Shown piece by piece: positions 40,082 to 48,815 of a stretch of 64,000 nt of DNA. Both the position numbers and the translations under genes were made by a program. The notes under the pieces were generated by a model that was not told where the DNA came from, did no database searches, and saw only the letters and a program-made list of their open reading frames with translations. Where the stretch lies: assembly GCA_943355005.1 (NCBI GenBank), contig CALRDV010000002.1, forward strand, positions 64,397 to 128,396. Reading direction: 5' to 3'. The number at the start of each line of letters is the position of its first letter. The stretch's first letter is position 1. The DNA comes from Patescibacteria group bacterium (GTDB taxonomy: Bacteria > Patescibacteriota > Microgenomatia > UBA1400 > MFAQ01).

Positions 40082-40771
40082 TTATCTACTTACAATTAAA
40101 TAGCCAACAATTATTAGAGCAACACCCAATAGGAATCTCATCCATTTTGTATTTTTATGCTCCCACTCTTTCATATCCACTACCTGTTTACCCTCCCCCA
40201 TAGCTAAAAGTATTACCAGAAGAGGCGTAATAAAAACCAAGTTGTAATAAAGAAATAATCCCAATACTTGAGCCATTGGCAGTCCAGACCTTGCGATAAC
40301 AGCCGTAGTTCCAATATACAAAGGCATCATGCAAGGGGTAGCAAATACGGTAGTCAAGAAACCGATAAGTGCCGCCACTCCCACACTAGTCTTAGCCATC
40401 AATTTGTTTATTTTTTCAAAACCAACCTTCGGCATTCTCAAATGAATTGGTAAGTCTTGCCAAAAAACGTCCTTTAGTTGAATAAAACCGGCAACCATAA
40501 TTGCTCCACCAATTACATACTTAAAAACACCTGCCAACCACCATCGCTGCAAATAATAAGCAGCACTATAAAAAGCCAACCCGAGGAGAAGATAGGTCAC
40601 AAAGACACTTAGTATATAAACCAACCCAATTTTATAAATCCATTTCTTGTCCTTACTCCTTCCACCAAACACTAACAAATATCCCAAAAAGGTAATCAAC
40701 ATTCCTATACCACATGGATTCAAGCCATTGGCCAATGCTGTTGCCGTTAATACCGGAATGCTTATTTGCAT
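40082..40771 (-). CDS. ccdA: Cytochrome c-type biogenesis / thiol-disulfide transmembrane electron transporter CcdA (DsbD family)
   Basis: Six TM helices; conserved Cys in LNPCGIGML and ATPCMMPLY. Confidence 0.7.
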   Translation of the reverse strand: MQISIPVLTATALANGLNPCGIGMLITFLGYLLVFGGRSKDKKWIYKIGLVYILSVFVTYLLLGLAFYSAAYYLQRWWLAGVFKYVIGGAIMVAGFIQLKDVFWQDLPIHLRMPKVGFEKINKLMAKTSVGVAALIGFLTTVFATPCMMPLYIGTTAVIARSGLPMAQVLGLFLYYNLVFITPLLVILLAMGEGKQVVDMKEWEHKNTKWMRFLLGVALIIVGYLIVSR

Positions 40772-40772
40772 A

Positions 40773-41408
40773 TTATTTCCCTTCTAATAGCTGCTTAACT
40801 TTATCAACGACAAATGGAGAGCCAACTTGTTCCCCATTGACAAAAAACGTTGGTGTTCCGGAAAGCCTAAGCGAATCAGCAAGTCTTGCGTCTATCGAAA
40901 CAAAATCGGAAACCTCACTTGATTTTAACTTTTCCTTAAATATTTTTTCATCCAAACCGAGGCTCTTCGCGTAACCGGCAAATAGATCTTCGGGTTTGCT
41001 GGAGCCGGACCACTCTTCTTGTTTTTCAAACATCAAACTCATCATCTCCCATCCTTTTCCAAGAACTCTTCCTGCTTCTACCGCTTTTGCTGAAATAAGC
41101 GCATATTTATGAACATTCGCAGGCAAGGGATAATGCCTCATCACAATTTTTACCCCTGGCATATCAAAAAGCTCTTTAGTTGCAATCTCTGCCGCCTTAC
41201 AAGATGGACACTGAATGTCTGAGAACTTAACCACCGTTACCTTTGTTTCTCCATTTTCTTTTACAAACCTAGCCCCATCAGTCAAAATCTTTTCATCTAC
41301 CTTAAGCTCCCCACCCGGCCCGGACATTTTTGACAAGCCCCAAATTATAAGTAGCAGTAGGACTGCACTTCCTATCGTAACTTTTAGTATCAATTTCCAA
41401 TCATTCAT
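40773..41408 (-). CDS. DsbA-like thioredoxin-fold thiol:disulfide oxidoreductase
   Basis: N-terminal TM; CPSC active site; thioredoxin fold. Confidence 0.75.
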   Translation of the reverse strand: MNDWKLILKVTIGSAVLLLLIIWGLSKMSGPGGELKVDEKILTDGARFVKENGETKVTVVKFSDIQCPSCKAAEIATKELFDMPGVKIVMRHYPLPANVHKYALISAKAVEAGRVLGKGWEMMSLMFEKQEEWSGSSKPEDLFAGYAKSLGLDEKIFKEKLKSSEVSDFVSIDARLADSLRLSGTPTFFVNGEQVGSPFVVDKVKQLLEGK

Positions 41409-41416
41409 AGTTTTTT

Positions 41417-41586
41417 GTCATTTCGACCGAAGTGGAGAAATCCCCCTCCACCATTGTCATTCCCGACCTGATCGGGAATCTATATAAATAAATTCTAATT
41501 ACTTTGTCATTCTGACCGAGTACTCGAGTGGAGGAATCTCCCTCCACCGTCATTGCGAAGCACGTAGTGCTGTGGCAATCCAGGCT
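41417..41586. repeat. Array of four tandem GTCATT-initiated hairpin repeat units between dsbA and iscU
   Basis: Units start at 41417, 41456, 41506 and 41549, each beginning GTCATT and containing a perfect short hairpin (for example ATTCCCGA-CCTGA-TCGGGAAT). The last unit overlaps the iscU stop. Confidence 0.8.
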
Positions 41587-42025
41587 AGTCATTACTATCA
41601 AATATCTTCAATAATGCTCTGTACGCGAGTGTAGCACATTTCATTCTACCTGGATTTATCTCCCCACCCAAAAGATCTACAATACCTGCTTCTCCAAATT
41701 TTTCCAAATCATCTTTACTCATCCCCACCACTTTTTCGGAAAGCATGCTGGCGGAAGCAGTAGAAATTGCACATCCTACTCCTTGCCACTTCATCTCCAT
41801 AATTACCTTTTCGTCATTGCGAGGAACGGAGTGACGTGGCAATCCAGGCTCATTTTTGTCATTCCGGGCTTGACCCGGAATCCATCCGGAAAATTTCACC
41901 TGTATCCGAATCATATCCCCACACGATGCATTCGACTCATCCATACTCACATCGGCATCATCAAGCGTCCCGAAATTCCTGGGATTTTTATAATGATCAA
42001 TGATTGTATCTTTGTAATCACTCAT
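41585..42025 (-). CDS. iscU: Fe-S cluster scaffold protein IscU/SufU-like, carrying an in-frame insertion of about 27 aa encoded by a repeat element
   Basis: HYKNPRNFG, ASCGDMIRI, GVGCAISTASASM and RMKCATLA motifs are all present. The foreign segment SGWIPGQARNDKNEPGLPRHSVPRNDE falls between the first and second Cys regions. Confidence 0.8.
   Translation of the reverse strand: MSDYKDTIIDHYKNPRNFGTLDDADVSMDESNASCGDMIRIQVKFSGWIPGQARNDKNEPGLPRHSVPRNDEKVIMEMKWQGVGCAISTASASMLSEKVVGMSKDDLEKFGEAGIVDLLGGEINPGRMKCATLAYRALLKIFDSND
41813..41889. repeat. Two GTCATT hairpin repeat units inserted inside the iscU coding sequence
   Basis: gtcattgcgaggaacggagtgacgtggcaatccaggct (41813-41850) is about 84% identical to the intergenic unit at 41549-41586. 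gtcattccgggcttgacccggaatcc (41858-41883) matches the units at 55476 and 29519. Confidence 0.8.
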
Positions 42026-42026
42026 A

Positions 42027-42668
42027 TTATTTGATTATTTCCACTATCTTATCGCCTATATGTATTGCAGATCCACCAAGGTGACCGTTATTATTACCCT
42101 TTATTATAAGTTTATTATTCTTTATTATAAAACCAATTTCCCTGCCAACACCTCCAAATCCAAAATCAAGCGGATACATTCCAAGTTCTATTTTATCTAT
42201 TGATATTGGCTTATTACAGAGATATTCACTATTCACTCCAGCCCTTCTTGCAAATACTTCATCGCTTAGGTGTTCACCAAGAATATTCCTTTCTTCAATT
42301 TCAAGCATCTCCAACAACTCTTCAGCATCTTCTTTAGGAATATAAAAAATGTTATCTTTTACAAATTGAAATTTCCAATAACCATTTTTATCATTTTGAA
42401 CTCTAGCAACGCCATCATTTGTCTGAAAATAAATGGACCCTCTATCTGTTTTAAATACATGTTTGAACTTCGATTTTTCAGATATTAAAGTGTCTATTTC
42501 TTTTTGCATCTCCTCCTGTCTCAAATCTAGATTAACTTTATCATCAAGAGCTATGTGTTTTGCCAAAAACACTTTTTTTAATCTATCAGAAATTTCTTCA
42601 ATCTTGTATGCTTCTACCCCAATATCTTCTACCTCATTTTTTTCAACCGGTTTATCCATATTACGCAA
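42027..42668 (-). CDS. Hypothetical protein embedded in the suf operon
   Basis: 213 aa ORF between sufS and iscU, overlapping the sufS stop; no motif recognised. Confidence 0.4.
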   Translation of the reverse strand: MRNMDKPVEKNEVEDIGVEAYKIEEISDRLKKVFLAKHIALDDKVNLDLRQEEMQKEIDTLISEKSKFKHVFKTDRGSIYFQTNDGVARVQNDKNGYWKFQFVKDNIFYIPKEDAEELLEMLEIEERNILGEHLSDEVFARRAGVNSEYLCNKPISIDKIELGMYPLDFGFGGVGREIGFIIKNNKLIIKGNNNGHLGGSAIHIGDKIVEIIK

Positions 42669-43947
42669 ATACTTTTGGTACTTCTCTGATTTTCTCGATC
42701 AAGTAATCAATTTCGGCTTTAGTATTGTATACATAGAAAGTAGCACGGACCATAGCCGGTACTCCAAAGCCTGTTACCAGTGGCGCCGCGCAGTGTTGAC
42801 CGCTTCTAACCGCGATTCCAAAGTTATCTAAAATCTGAGCCGCATCATGTGGGTGAACTCCGACGACATTAAAAGCCAGAGCCCCACCCCTATCCTCCAC
42901 GTCTCTCGGACCATAAATTACCACCAAACCCTCTTTTTCCAAAACAGACATTTTTTCCAAAGCATATTTAATTAGCTCTTTCTCATGTTGTCTTACATCG
43001 TCCATTCCCAACTTCTCCAAATAGTCCACCGCTTCTCCCAGCCCAATAATCCCGGCGATGTCCGGTGTTCCGGCTTCAAATCTACTTGGCAAATCTGCCC
43101 ATGTCGATCCGGTAATTTTTACTTCACCAATCATGTCTCCCCCAAATAGAAACGGTCTCATCTTAGACAATATTTCTTTCTTTCCCCAAAGCACTCCCGT
43201 ACCCGTTGGACCCATCATCTTGTGTCCGGAAAAAGCTACAAAATCCGCTCCCAAAGTTTTTACATCCACCTTCATATGAGGCACCATCTGAGAAGCGTCC
43301 ACCAAAACCGTAACCTCGGGTGATTTTGATTTGATCGTTTTGATCATACCGGTCACATCAGGCAAAGTCCCCAAAACATTTGATGCTCCGGTGACAGCAA
43401 ACAGTTTTACTTTTTCATCCACCAACTTATCAAAACTGCCCAGCTTTACGTTAAGTCCGCTTTCTTCGAAGCTTTGCTCTTCAGCTCCGGATATTTTTAA
43501 TTTTCCTTCAGCATCTACGTCGATAATCCTCAGCTCAGCTCCGGTTTCTCGACAGAGTTCTTGCCAAGGTACCAGATTTGAATGGTGCTCCAGTTTACTG
43601 ACAAGCACGGCATCTCCCACCTTAACATTATCTTTACCCCAAGAATACATCACTAGATTCAAACTTTCACTGGCATTTCTGGTAAAAATTATTTCTTCAT
43701 TTCTAGCCCCAATGAACTCAGCCACTTTCCCTCTAGCTTCATCCACCAATCTCGTTGACTCTACAGAAAGCTCGTAAACCCCTCTGTGGATATTAGCATT
43801 GGTATTTCTATAAAAATCATCCATGGCTTTTATGACACTCTCGGGCTTTTGGCTCGTCGCCCCACTATCCAAGAAGACCAAATCATGACCATGAATTTTT
43901 CTCTTTAATATCGGAAAGTCTTTTCTTATTTCTTCAACATCAAACAT
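42661..43947 (-). CDS. sufS: Cysteine desulfurase SufS (class V aminotransferase)
   Basis: PLP-lysine motif FSGHKMMGPTGTGVL, catalytic Cys region RSGQHCAAP, length 428 aa. Confidence 0.85.
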   Translation of the reverse strand: MFDVEEIRKDFPILKRKIHGHDLVFLDSGATSQKPESVIKAMDDFYRNTNANIHRGVYELSVESTRLVDEARGKVAEFIGARNEEIIFTRNASESLNLVMYSWGKDNVKVGDAVLVSKLEHHSNLVPWQELCRETGAELRIIDVDAEGKLKISGAEEQSFEESGLNVKLGSFDKLVDEKVKLFAVTGASNVLGTLPDVTGMIKTIKSKSPEVTVLVDASQMVPHMKVDVKTLGADFVAFSGHKMMGPTGTGVLWGKKEILSKMRPFLFGGDMIGEVKITGSTWADLPSRFEAGTPDIAGIIGLGEAVDYLEKLGMDDVRQHEKELIKYALEKMSVLEKEGLVVIYGPRDVEDRGGALAFNVVGVHPHDAAQILDNFGIAVRSGQHCAAPLVTGFGVPAMVRATFYVYNTKAEIDYLIEKIREVPKVFA

Positions 43948-43952
43948 ATCCT

Positions 43953-44435
43953 TTATTTTACCCCCTCAACCTCTTTTAAGAACCCCTCAACAATCAATTT
44001 TTTAGCTTCATCCAATTCAATTCCTCTACTCGCCATATAGAATAGTTGCTCATCATCTATTTTTCCAACCGTGGCTGCATGCGAAGCTTTAACATCATTA
44101 TTTTCAATCTCCAATTTTGGTTCGGCCACCGCACTGCTTTTTTTATCCAAAAGTAAGATTCTCATTTCCAAGAAACTATCCGTCTTTCTGGCATTTTTCC
44201 CAATTTTCACCATTCCGTCTACGACAACCCTAGCTCCGTTAGCCGCGACTCCTTTGATTACTATTCTGCCAAATGTATTTGTAGCTTGGTGATCAGACAC
44301 CACCTTTACCTTATAGTCACCGGGTTCCATGGCTGAAATCACTCCCAACACTTCTTGTTCTTCATGGGTTTCCAGAAATGGCACCACCAAGTCTATTTCC
44401 CCCGGTTTATCCAATTTAAATCTTTGTATTTTCAT
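43953..44435 (-). CDS. sufD: Minimal SufD/SufB-family protein (C-terminal beta-helix domain only)
   Basis: Matches the SufBD C-terminal domain (GARVVVDGMVKIG...KASHAATVGKIDDEQLFYMASRGI). Confidence 0.65.
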   Translation of the reverse strand: MKIQRFKLDKPGEIDLVVPFLETHEEQEVLGVISAMEPGDYKVKVVSDHQATNTFGRIVIKGVAANGARVVVDGMVKIGKNARKTDSFLEMRILLLDKKSSAVAEPKLEIENNDVKASHAATVGKIDDEQLFYMASRGIELDEAKKLIVEGFLKEVEGVK

Positions 44436-44461
44436 CTGATTGTATTTTCTTTGTTTTTATT

Positions 44462-44495
44462 GTCATTCCCGACCTGATCGGGAATCTATATAAAT
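44462..44495. repeat. GTCATTCCCGACCTGATCGGGAATCTATATAAAT repeat copy between sufB and sufD
   Basis: Identical to the unit at 41456-41489. Confidence 0.85.
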
Positions 44496-44503
44496 TATTC
44501 CAA

Positions 44504-45916
44504 TTAACCAACCGACCCTTCCATCTCTAGCTCTACCAATCTATTCATTTCTACGGCGTACTCCAAAGGAATTTCTTTGACTACCGGCTCCATAAATCCA
44601 TTTACAATCATCGTACTAGCCTCATCAGCCGTAATTCCTCTACTTTGTAAATACAAAAGTTGTTCTTCACTAACTCTACTTACGGTCGCTTCATGTTCCA
44701 GCACCACATCATTTTCTTGAATCTTATTTACCGGATAAGTATCAGACCGACTTTTTTCGTCGAGAATCAATGCGTCACAAACTACCTTAGACCTGCTCCC
44801 CCAAGCTCCGGGAACCATATGAACAATTCCCCGATAAGTCGCCCTTCCACCATTTTTACTTATAGATTTACTAATTATTTGCGAAGTCGTCTCAGGAGCC
44901 AGATGAATCATCTTTGCTCCGGTATCCTGGTGTTGCCCTTCACCCGCCCAAGCAATCGACAGTACTTCTCCATGAGCCCTTCTTCCTACCAAAACACACG
45001 AAGGATATTTCATCGTTAATTTGGACCCCAAATTACCGTCTACCCAGCGCATCTCAGCATCTTCCTCCACTCTAGCTCTTTTAGTCACCAAGTTGTAAAC
45101 ATTTTTAAACCAATTTTGAACAGTGGAATATTGGACCTTAGCTTTTTTCTTTACATAAATTTCTACCACGGCCGCATGAAGTGATGCCGAAGAGAATGCC
45201 GGAGCAGAACACCCTTCGATGTAGTGCATCTTACTACCCTCTTCGGCAATGATAAGTGTTCTTTCAAACTGTCCTGCATTCTCCGTATTAATCCTAAAAT
45301 ATGCTTGCAAAGGAAGTCCTACGTCAACATTTTTGGGTACATACACAAATGATCCACCACTCCAAACAGCGGTATTTAACGCTGCCAATTTATTATCTCC
45401 CATAGGAATCACTTTTCCAAAATGTTCTTTTACTATCTCAGGATATTGTTTCAGTCCCTCATCCATCGACAGGAAAATTACACCCTTTTCGGCCAAAGCT
45501 TTCTTGAGTGAACCATAAACCACTTCCGAATCGTATTGCCCCTTTACTCCAGCCAACATTTCTCTCTCGGCTTCTGGTACTCCAATCTTTTCAAAGGTGT
45601 TTTTAATCGCCTCCGGCACATCTTCCCAAGATTTTGCATCCTGAGTTTTTGGTCGGACGTAATAATGTATATCTTCAAAATCAATGGGGGATAAATCTCC
45701 ACCCCAAGCCGGCATAGGCATTTCTCTGTATTTTTTTAAAGCTTTTAAGCGAATTTCCAACATCCATTCAGGCTCTTCTTTAAGCGATGAAATCTTTCGT
45801 ACCAGCTCTTCATTCAGCCCTTTATCGGAAGTAAATGAATACTCTACCTTATCTGTATATCCCAATGGATAAGCTTTATCCTCAAGAAGCTTATTATTGT
45901 CTTGGGCATTACTCAT
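44504..45916 (-). CDS. sufB: Fe-S cluster assembly protein SufB
   Basis: Full-length SufB pattern of 470 aa, including the conserved C-terminal [10 protein letters not shown] region. Confidence 0.9.
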   Translation of the reverse strand: MSNAQDNNKLLEDKAYPLGYTDKVEYSFTSDKGLNEELVRKISSLKEEPEWMLEIRLKALKKYREMPMPAWGGDLSPIDFEDIHYYVRPKTQDAKSWEDVPEAIKNTFEKIGVPEAEREMLAGVKGQYDSEVVYGSLKKALAEKGVIFLSMDEGLKQYPEIVKEHFGKVIPMGDNKLAALNTAVWSGGSFVYVPKNVDVGLPLQAYFRINTENAGQFERTLIIAEEGSKMHYIEGCSAPAFSSASLHAAVVEIYVKKKAKVQYSTVQNWFKNVYNLVTKRARVEEDAEMRWVDGNLGSKLTMKYPSCVLVGRRAHGEVLSIAWAGEGQHQDTGAKMIHLAPETTSQIISKSISKNGGRATYRGIVHMVPGAWGSRSKVVCDALILDEKSRSDTYPVNKIQENDVVLEHEATVSRVSEEQLLYLQSRGITADEASTMIVNGFMEPVVKEIPLEYAVEMNRLVELEMEGSVG

Positions 45917-46634
45917 ATGATTTATAGCCCTCGACTTCTAGTTTATCTACGATTTCTCTACCACCCTCATCCACCACCTCACCCGTCTTTAAAATCACCA
46001 CCTTATCAGGCTCTAGATACTTCAGAAGTCTTTGATAGTGTGTAATTACCAGCACACTCATGCGGGTTTCTTCGACCATTTCTTTAACATTTGTAGCAAT
46101 GAGAGCCAGAGCATCAATATCTAGCCCCGAGTCCACTTCATCGAGTACCAAGAGTTTTGGTCTCAAAACTCTCATTTGTAAGATTTCAAATTTTTTCTTT
46201 TCACCACCACTAAAACCTTCATTTAGACTTCTATTCAACATTGCCGGTTCAATATGTAACTTCTCACCTTCTTTGGCAATTTGATTTTTCAGGTCAAGTG
46301 CGCTCACTGTCAGCCCTCGACCTCTAAGTGAAGTCAAAAGCAGTTCTCTCACTGTCACCCCGGGAATCGCCAATGGATATTGAAAAGACATCAAAATTCC
46401 CAATTTAGCTCTCTCCTCAGGCTTCATTTCCAAAATACTTTTTCCCTCAAAAAGAATCTCTCCACTTGTCACTTCATACTTAGGATTCCCAATTAGCGCA
46501 TTGGCCAGACTCGACTTTCCGGATCCGTTCGGTCCCATGAGTGCCACTACTTCTCCACTTTTTATCTCAAGATCAACTCCCTTAAGAATCTCTTTTTCTT
46601 CTACTTTTACCTTCAATTTTTTTATATTAAGCAT
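45909..46634 (-). CDS. sufC: Fe-S cluster assembly ATPase SufC
   Basis: Walker [14 protein letters not shown] signature FSGGEKKK, Walker [13 protein letters not shown]. Start placed at MLNIKKLKV rather than the ORF-track start at 46682. Confidence 0.9.
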   Translation of the reverse strand: MLNIKKLKVKVEEKEILKGVDLEIKSGEVVALMGPNGSGKSSLANALIGNPKYEVTSGEILFEGKSILEMKPEERAKLGILMSFQYPLAIPGVTVRELLLTSLRGRGLTVSALDLKNQIAKEGEKLHIEPAMLNRSLNEGFSGGEKKKFEILQMRVLRPKLLVLDEVDSGLDIDALALIATNVKEMVEETRMSVLVITHYQRLLKYLEPDKVVILKTGEVVDEGGREIVDKLEVEGYKSYE

Positions 46635-46687
46635 CTTTTTATTCTTCTTTATTTTATCTGTCCCTCGCCATGGCGGGGCCACACAAT

Positions 46688-47080
46688 CTAATTCATAATC
46701 AAATCCGCCAAAGTATATTTCTCCAGCAACTCTTCAATCTGTAAAGTCAATTTATCCATTAGGGTTTGTTGTCCACAGCCACCTTCCATAGGGCAGCTTT
46801 CGCAGTTCACGGGCTCCACTCCACCACCTTCGATCGCTTCAAGAGCTTCTTTTACTTGCACCTCTTTCGGCTCGTAGTTGAGACTAAAGCCTCCACCTTT
46901 TCCTTCTTTGGAGTTCAGTATTCCAGCCTCCACCAGGGATCCCGCAATCTTAGACATAAAAGCTCTAGGCATGCCCATATCACTCAATTCTTTAAGCGAA
47001 ACACGTCCGCCTCTGCCTCTTTGGGCACAAACAGAGAGCAAAGCCATGCCATAATCTGCTTTTTTGGTAAGTGTAAACAT
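46688..47080 (-). CDS. Rrf2-family transcriptional regulator (IscR/SufR-like) with C-terminal Cys cluster
   Basis: N-terminal wHTH (MFTLTKKADYGMALLSV), C-terminal CESCPMEGGC, head of the suf operon. Confidence 0.8.
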   Translation of the reverse strand: MFTLTKKADYGMALLSVCAQRGRGGRVSLKELSDMGMPRAFMSKIAGSLVEAGILNSKEGKGGGFSLNYEPKEVQVKEALEAIEGGGVEPVNCESCPMEGGCGQQTLMDKLTLQIEELLEKYTLADLIMN

Positions 47081-47129
47081 ATACTTGGACTATTATACTC
47101 CAAGTATCATTTCCCAGTCAACAGCCACA

Positions 47130-47543
47130 CTACTGATATTCCCAGACTTCTTTCTCGTTATTAAACTGAGCTACTGTCTCTCCAAAACTTGTCTCATTGT
47201 CTTTAATATGAAAATATTCCTTGGTCAAAACTGTCATTTGCCCACTAAAGACAGGTTCGAAATTACCTGCCACTTGAAATTTATATCTAACCCCCTCCCC
47301 GCCTGCATTAAGCTCTTTCATGGAATCACTTTCAGACTCCAGAGTCCACTCCATAGTTAAAGTCTCACCCCCCTCAGTCATTCTAATGAGACACAGTGTT
47401 AGCCTATCCCCTTCCACAAGTGGAATTAATCCTTCTATATCTTTCTGATTAAAGACTTTTTCCGTATATGGATAATCAACCAGTAATACCTCGACCTTAG
47501 GATTTTCACTGCTTCCGGCGAAGCGCTCCAATTTTTCTGTCAT
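47130..47543 (-). CDS. Hypothetical protein
   Basis: 137 aa; no motif recognised. Confidence 0.35.
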   Translation of the reverse strand: MTEKLERFAGSSENPKVEVLLVDYPYTEKVFNQKDIEGLIPLVEGDRLTLCLIRMTEGGETLTMEWTLESESDSMKELNAGGEGVRYKFQVAGNFEPVFSGQMTVLTKEYFHIKDNETSFGETVAQFNNEKEVWEYQ

Positions 47544-47573
47544 AGCGTATTTTACCCCCTTATCAGCACAACC

Positions 47574-48251
47574 TTAGAACAAACCCATCTGAACTTCCGT
47601 CGGTGCCTTCTCCTCTACCACCACCTCGACGGGATAAGAAAAATCTACTTCTATTTCTCGGTACTCATTCCACCTGTCTTTAAACTTCAGTTTTCCATAT
47701 TTTTTGGCAAAATCATATACTTTTGTCGTTACTTCTACATCCATCTCACAGTATTTTTTAAGGCTAGCTAGACTTTCCGGGTCCCCCATATTCCACCATT
47801 TAACTGCATCCAATCCTCCGGCAATTTTCCCTTGACCAAGGGTTTCCTTAGCCACACTATCCAGTTTTACCCGATGACCAAAGGAAAGCCTAATCATCTC
47901 CAAAATATCGAAATGCTTAAGCTTGGTAAAGTCTCCCTTGGTATATATACCATTCATAGCAGGGTTATCAAAACCAAAAGAGTTGTATCCAATAATCCTA
48001 TCTGCCTCCTCAAACCATGGCCACATTTCTTCAAAAAACAAATTGTTTCCGAAAAGTTTTCCGGCAGCATCCGGAGTCCAAAAACTTTTCATCTCCCCTT
48101 TTACTTCATTATGGTCTCCATCCACCTCTCTTCTATAAACAGATACTATCGATATTCCCAAGTCTGCTGGGTCGTTCCCTACTATCTCATCAAAAATTCT
48201 TTTGGTCTCAATATCGTAAATAACCTCGACTCTATTTCCATTTGTCGTCAT
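47574..48251 (-). CDS. DEDD-family 3'-5' exonuclease (DnaQ-like)
   Basis: Exo I motif VIYDIET, Exo II-like NSFGFDNPAM, Exo III-like YCEMDVEVT. Confidence 0.5.
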   Translation of the reverse strand: MTTNGNRVEVIYDIETKRIFDEIVGNDPADLGISIVSVYRREVDGDHNEVKGEMKSFWTPDAAGKLFGNNLFFEEMWPWFEEADRIIGYNSFGFDNPAMNGIYTKGDFTKLKHFDILEMIRLSFGHRVKLDSVAKETLGQGKIAGGLDAVKWWNMGDPESLASLKKYCEMDVEVTTKVYDFAKKYGKLKFKDRWNEYREIEVDFSYPVEVVVEEKAPTEVQMGLF

Positions 48252-48291
48252 AAGTACACTATTTAACCACTAGTCACGATATTTTTCCATC

Positions 48292-48810
48292 TTATCTCTC
48301 CGGCTTCTTTCCTTCCCAAGACATCATTTTATCCTTCAAGAATTTTCCAAAGAAGAAAACCGTCAAACCCATTCCAATTATGGGCAAGTAATACTCCCAA
48401 ATTCCTGCTGCAGGAAGCTCCGAAGTCGCCGGAGTTGCCGTAGGAGTTGCAGTAGGAGTCGCTGCGGCGGTTGCGTTAAACTCGATCGAAAAAGTCAAGG
48501 TTTGAGTTCCGGATGTAATTTCCACTGCACTAACCCCTTTATCTAGCACACCTGGCTTAAACTGCCACGTTCCACTGGGACTCGCGGCCACAGTCGCATC
48601 TGTAGATGTCTTAATTTTTATATAAACAACGGCGGACGGTGAAGCTGTTCCTTGCAAATTTGGAATAGCTCCTGAATAAATCACATTACTATAGTCAACC
48701 CCTATGGTCGATAGCACTCCAATATTTGTCAGAGTGAGATCTTGAGCAAAAACTGCTCCCGCAAACAAAAACAGCATCACTATCCAAATTGAATAAAAGA
48801 GTTTCTTCAT
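48292..48810 (-). CDS. Secreted Ala/Thr-rich surface protein with an LPAAG-type C-terminal sorting-signal-like tail
   Basis: Signal peptide; ATPTATPTATPATS linker; C-terminal LPAAG, then a hydrophobic stretch, then a K-rich tail. Confidence 0.45.
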   Translation of the reverse strand: MKKLFYSIWIVMLFLFAGAVFAQDLTLTNIGVLSTIGVDYSNVIYSGAIPNLQGTASPSAVVYIKIKTSTDATVAASPSGTWQFKPGVLDKGVSAVEITSGTQTLTFSIEFNATAAATPTATPTATPATSELPAAGIWEYYLPIIGMGLTVFFFGKFLKDKMMSWEGKKPER

Positions 48811-48815
48811 TTAAT

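Noticed and set aside
41401-41601. 66-aa ORF (41401-41601) and a 90-aa plus-strand ORF (41215-41487) spanning the repeat array.
   Set aside because: Their translations derive entirely from the tandem GTCATT repeats and the antisense of dsbA, so they are repeat-encoded artefacts rather than genes.
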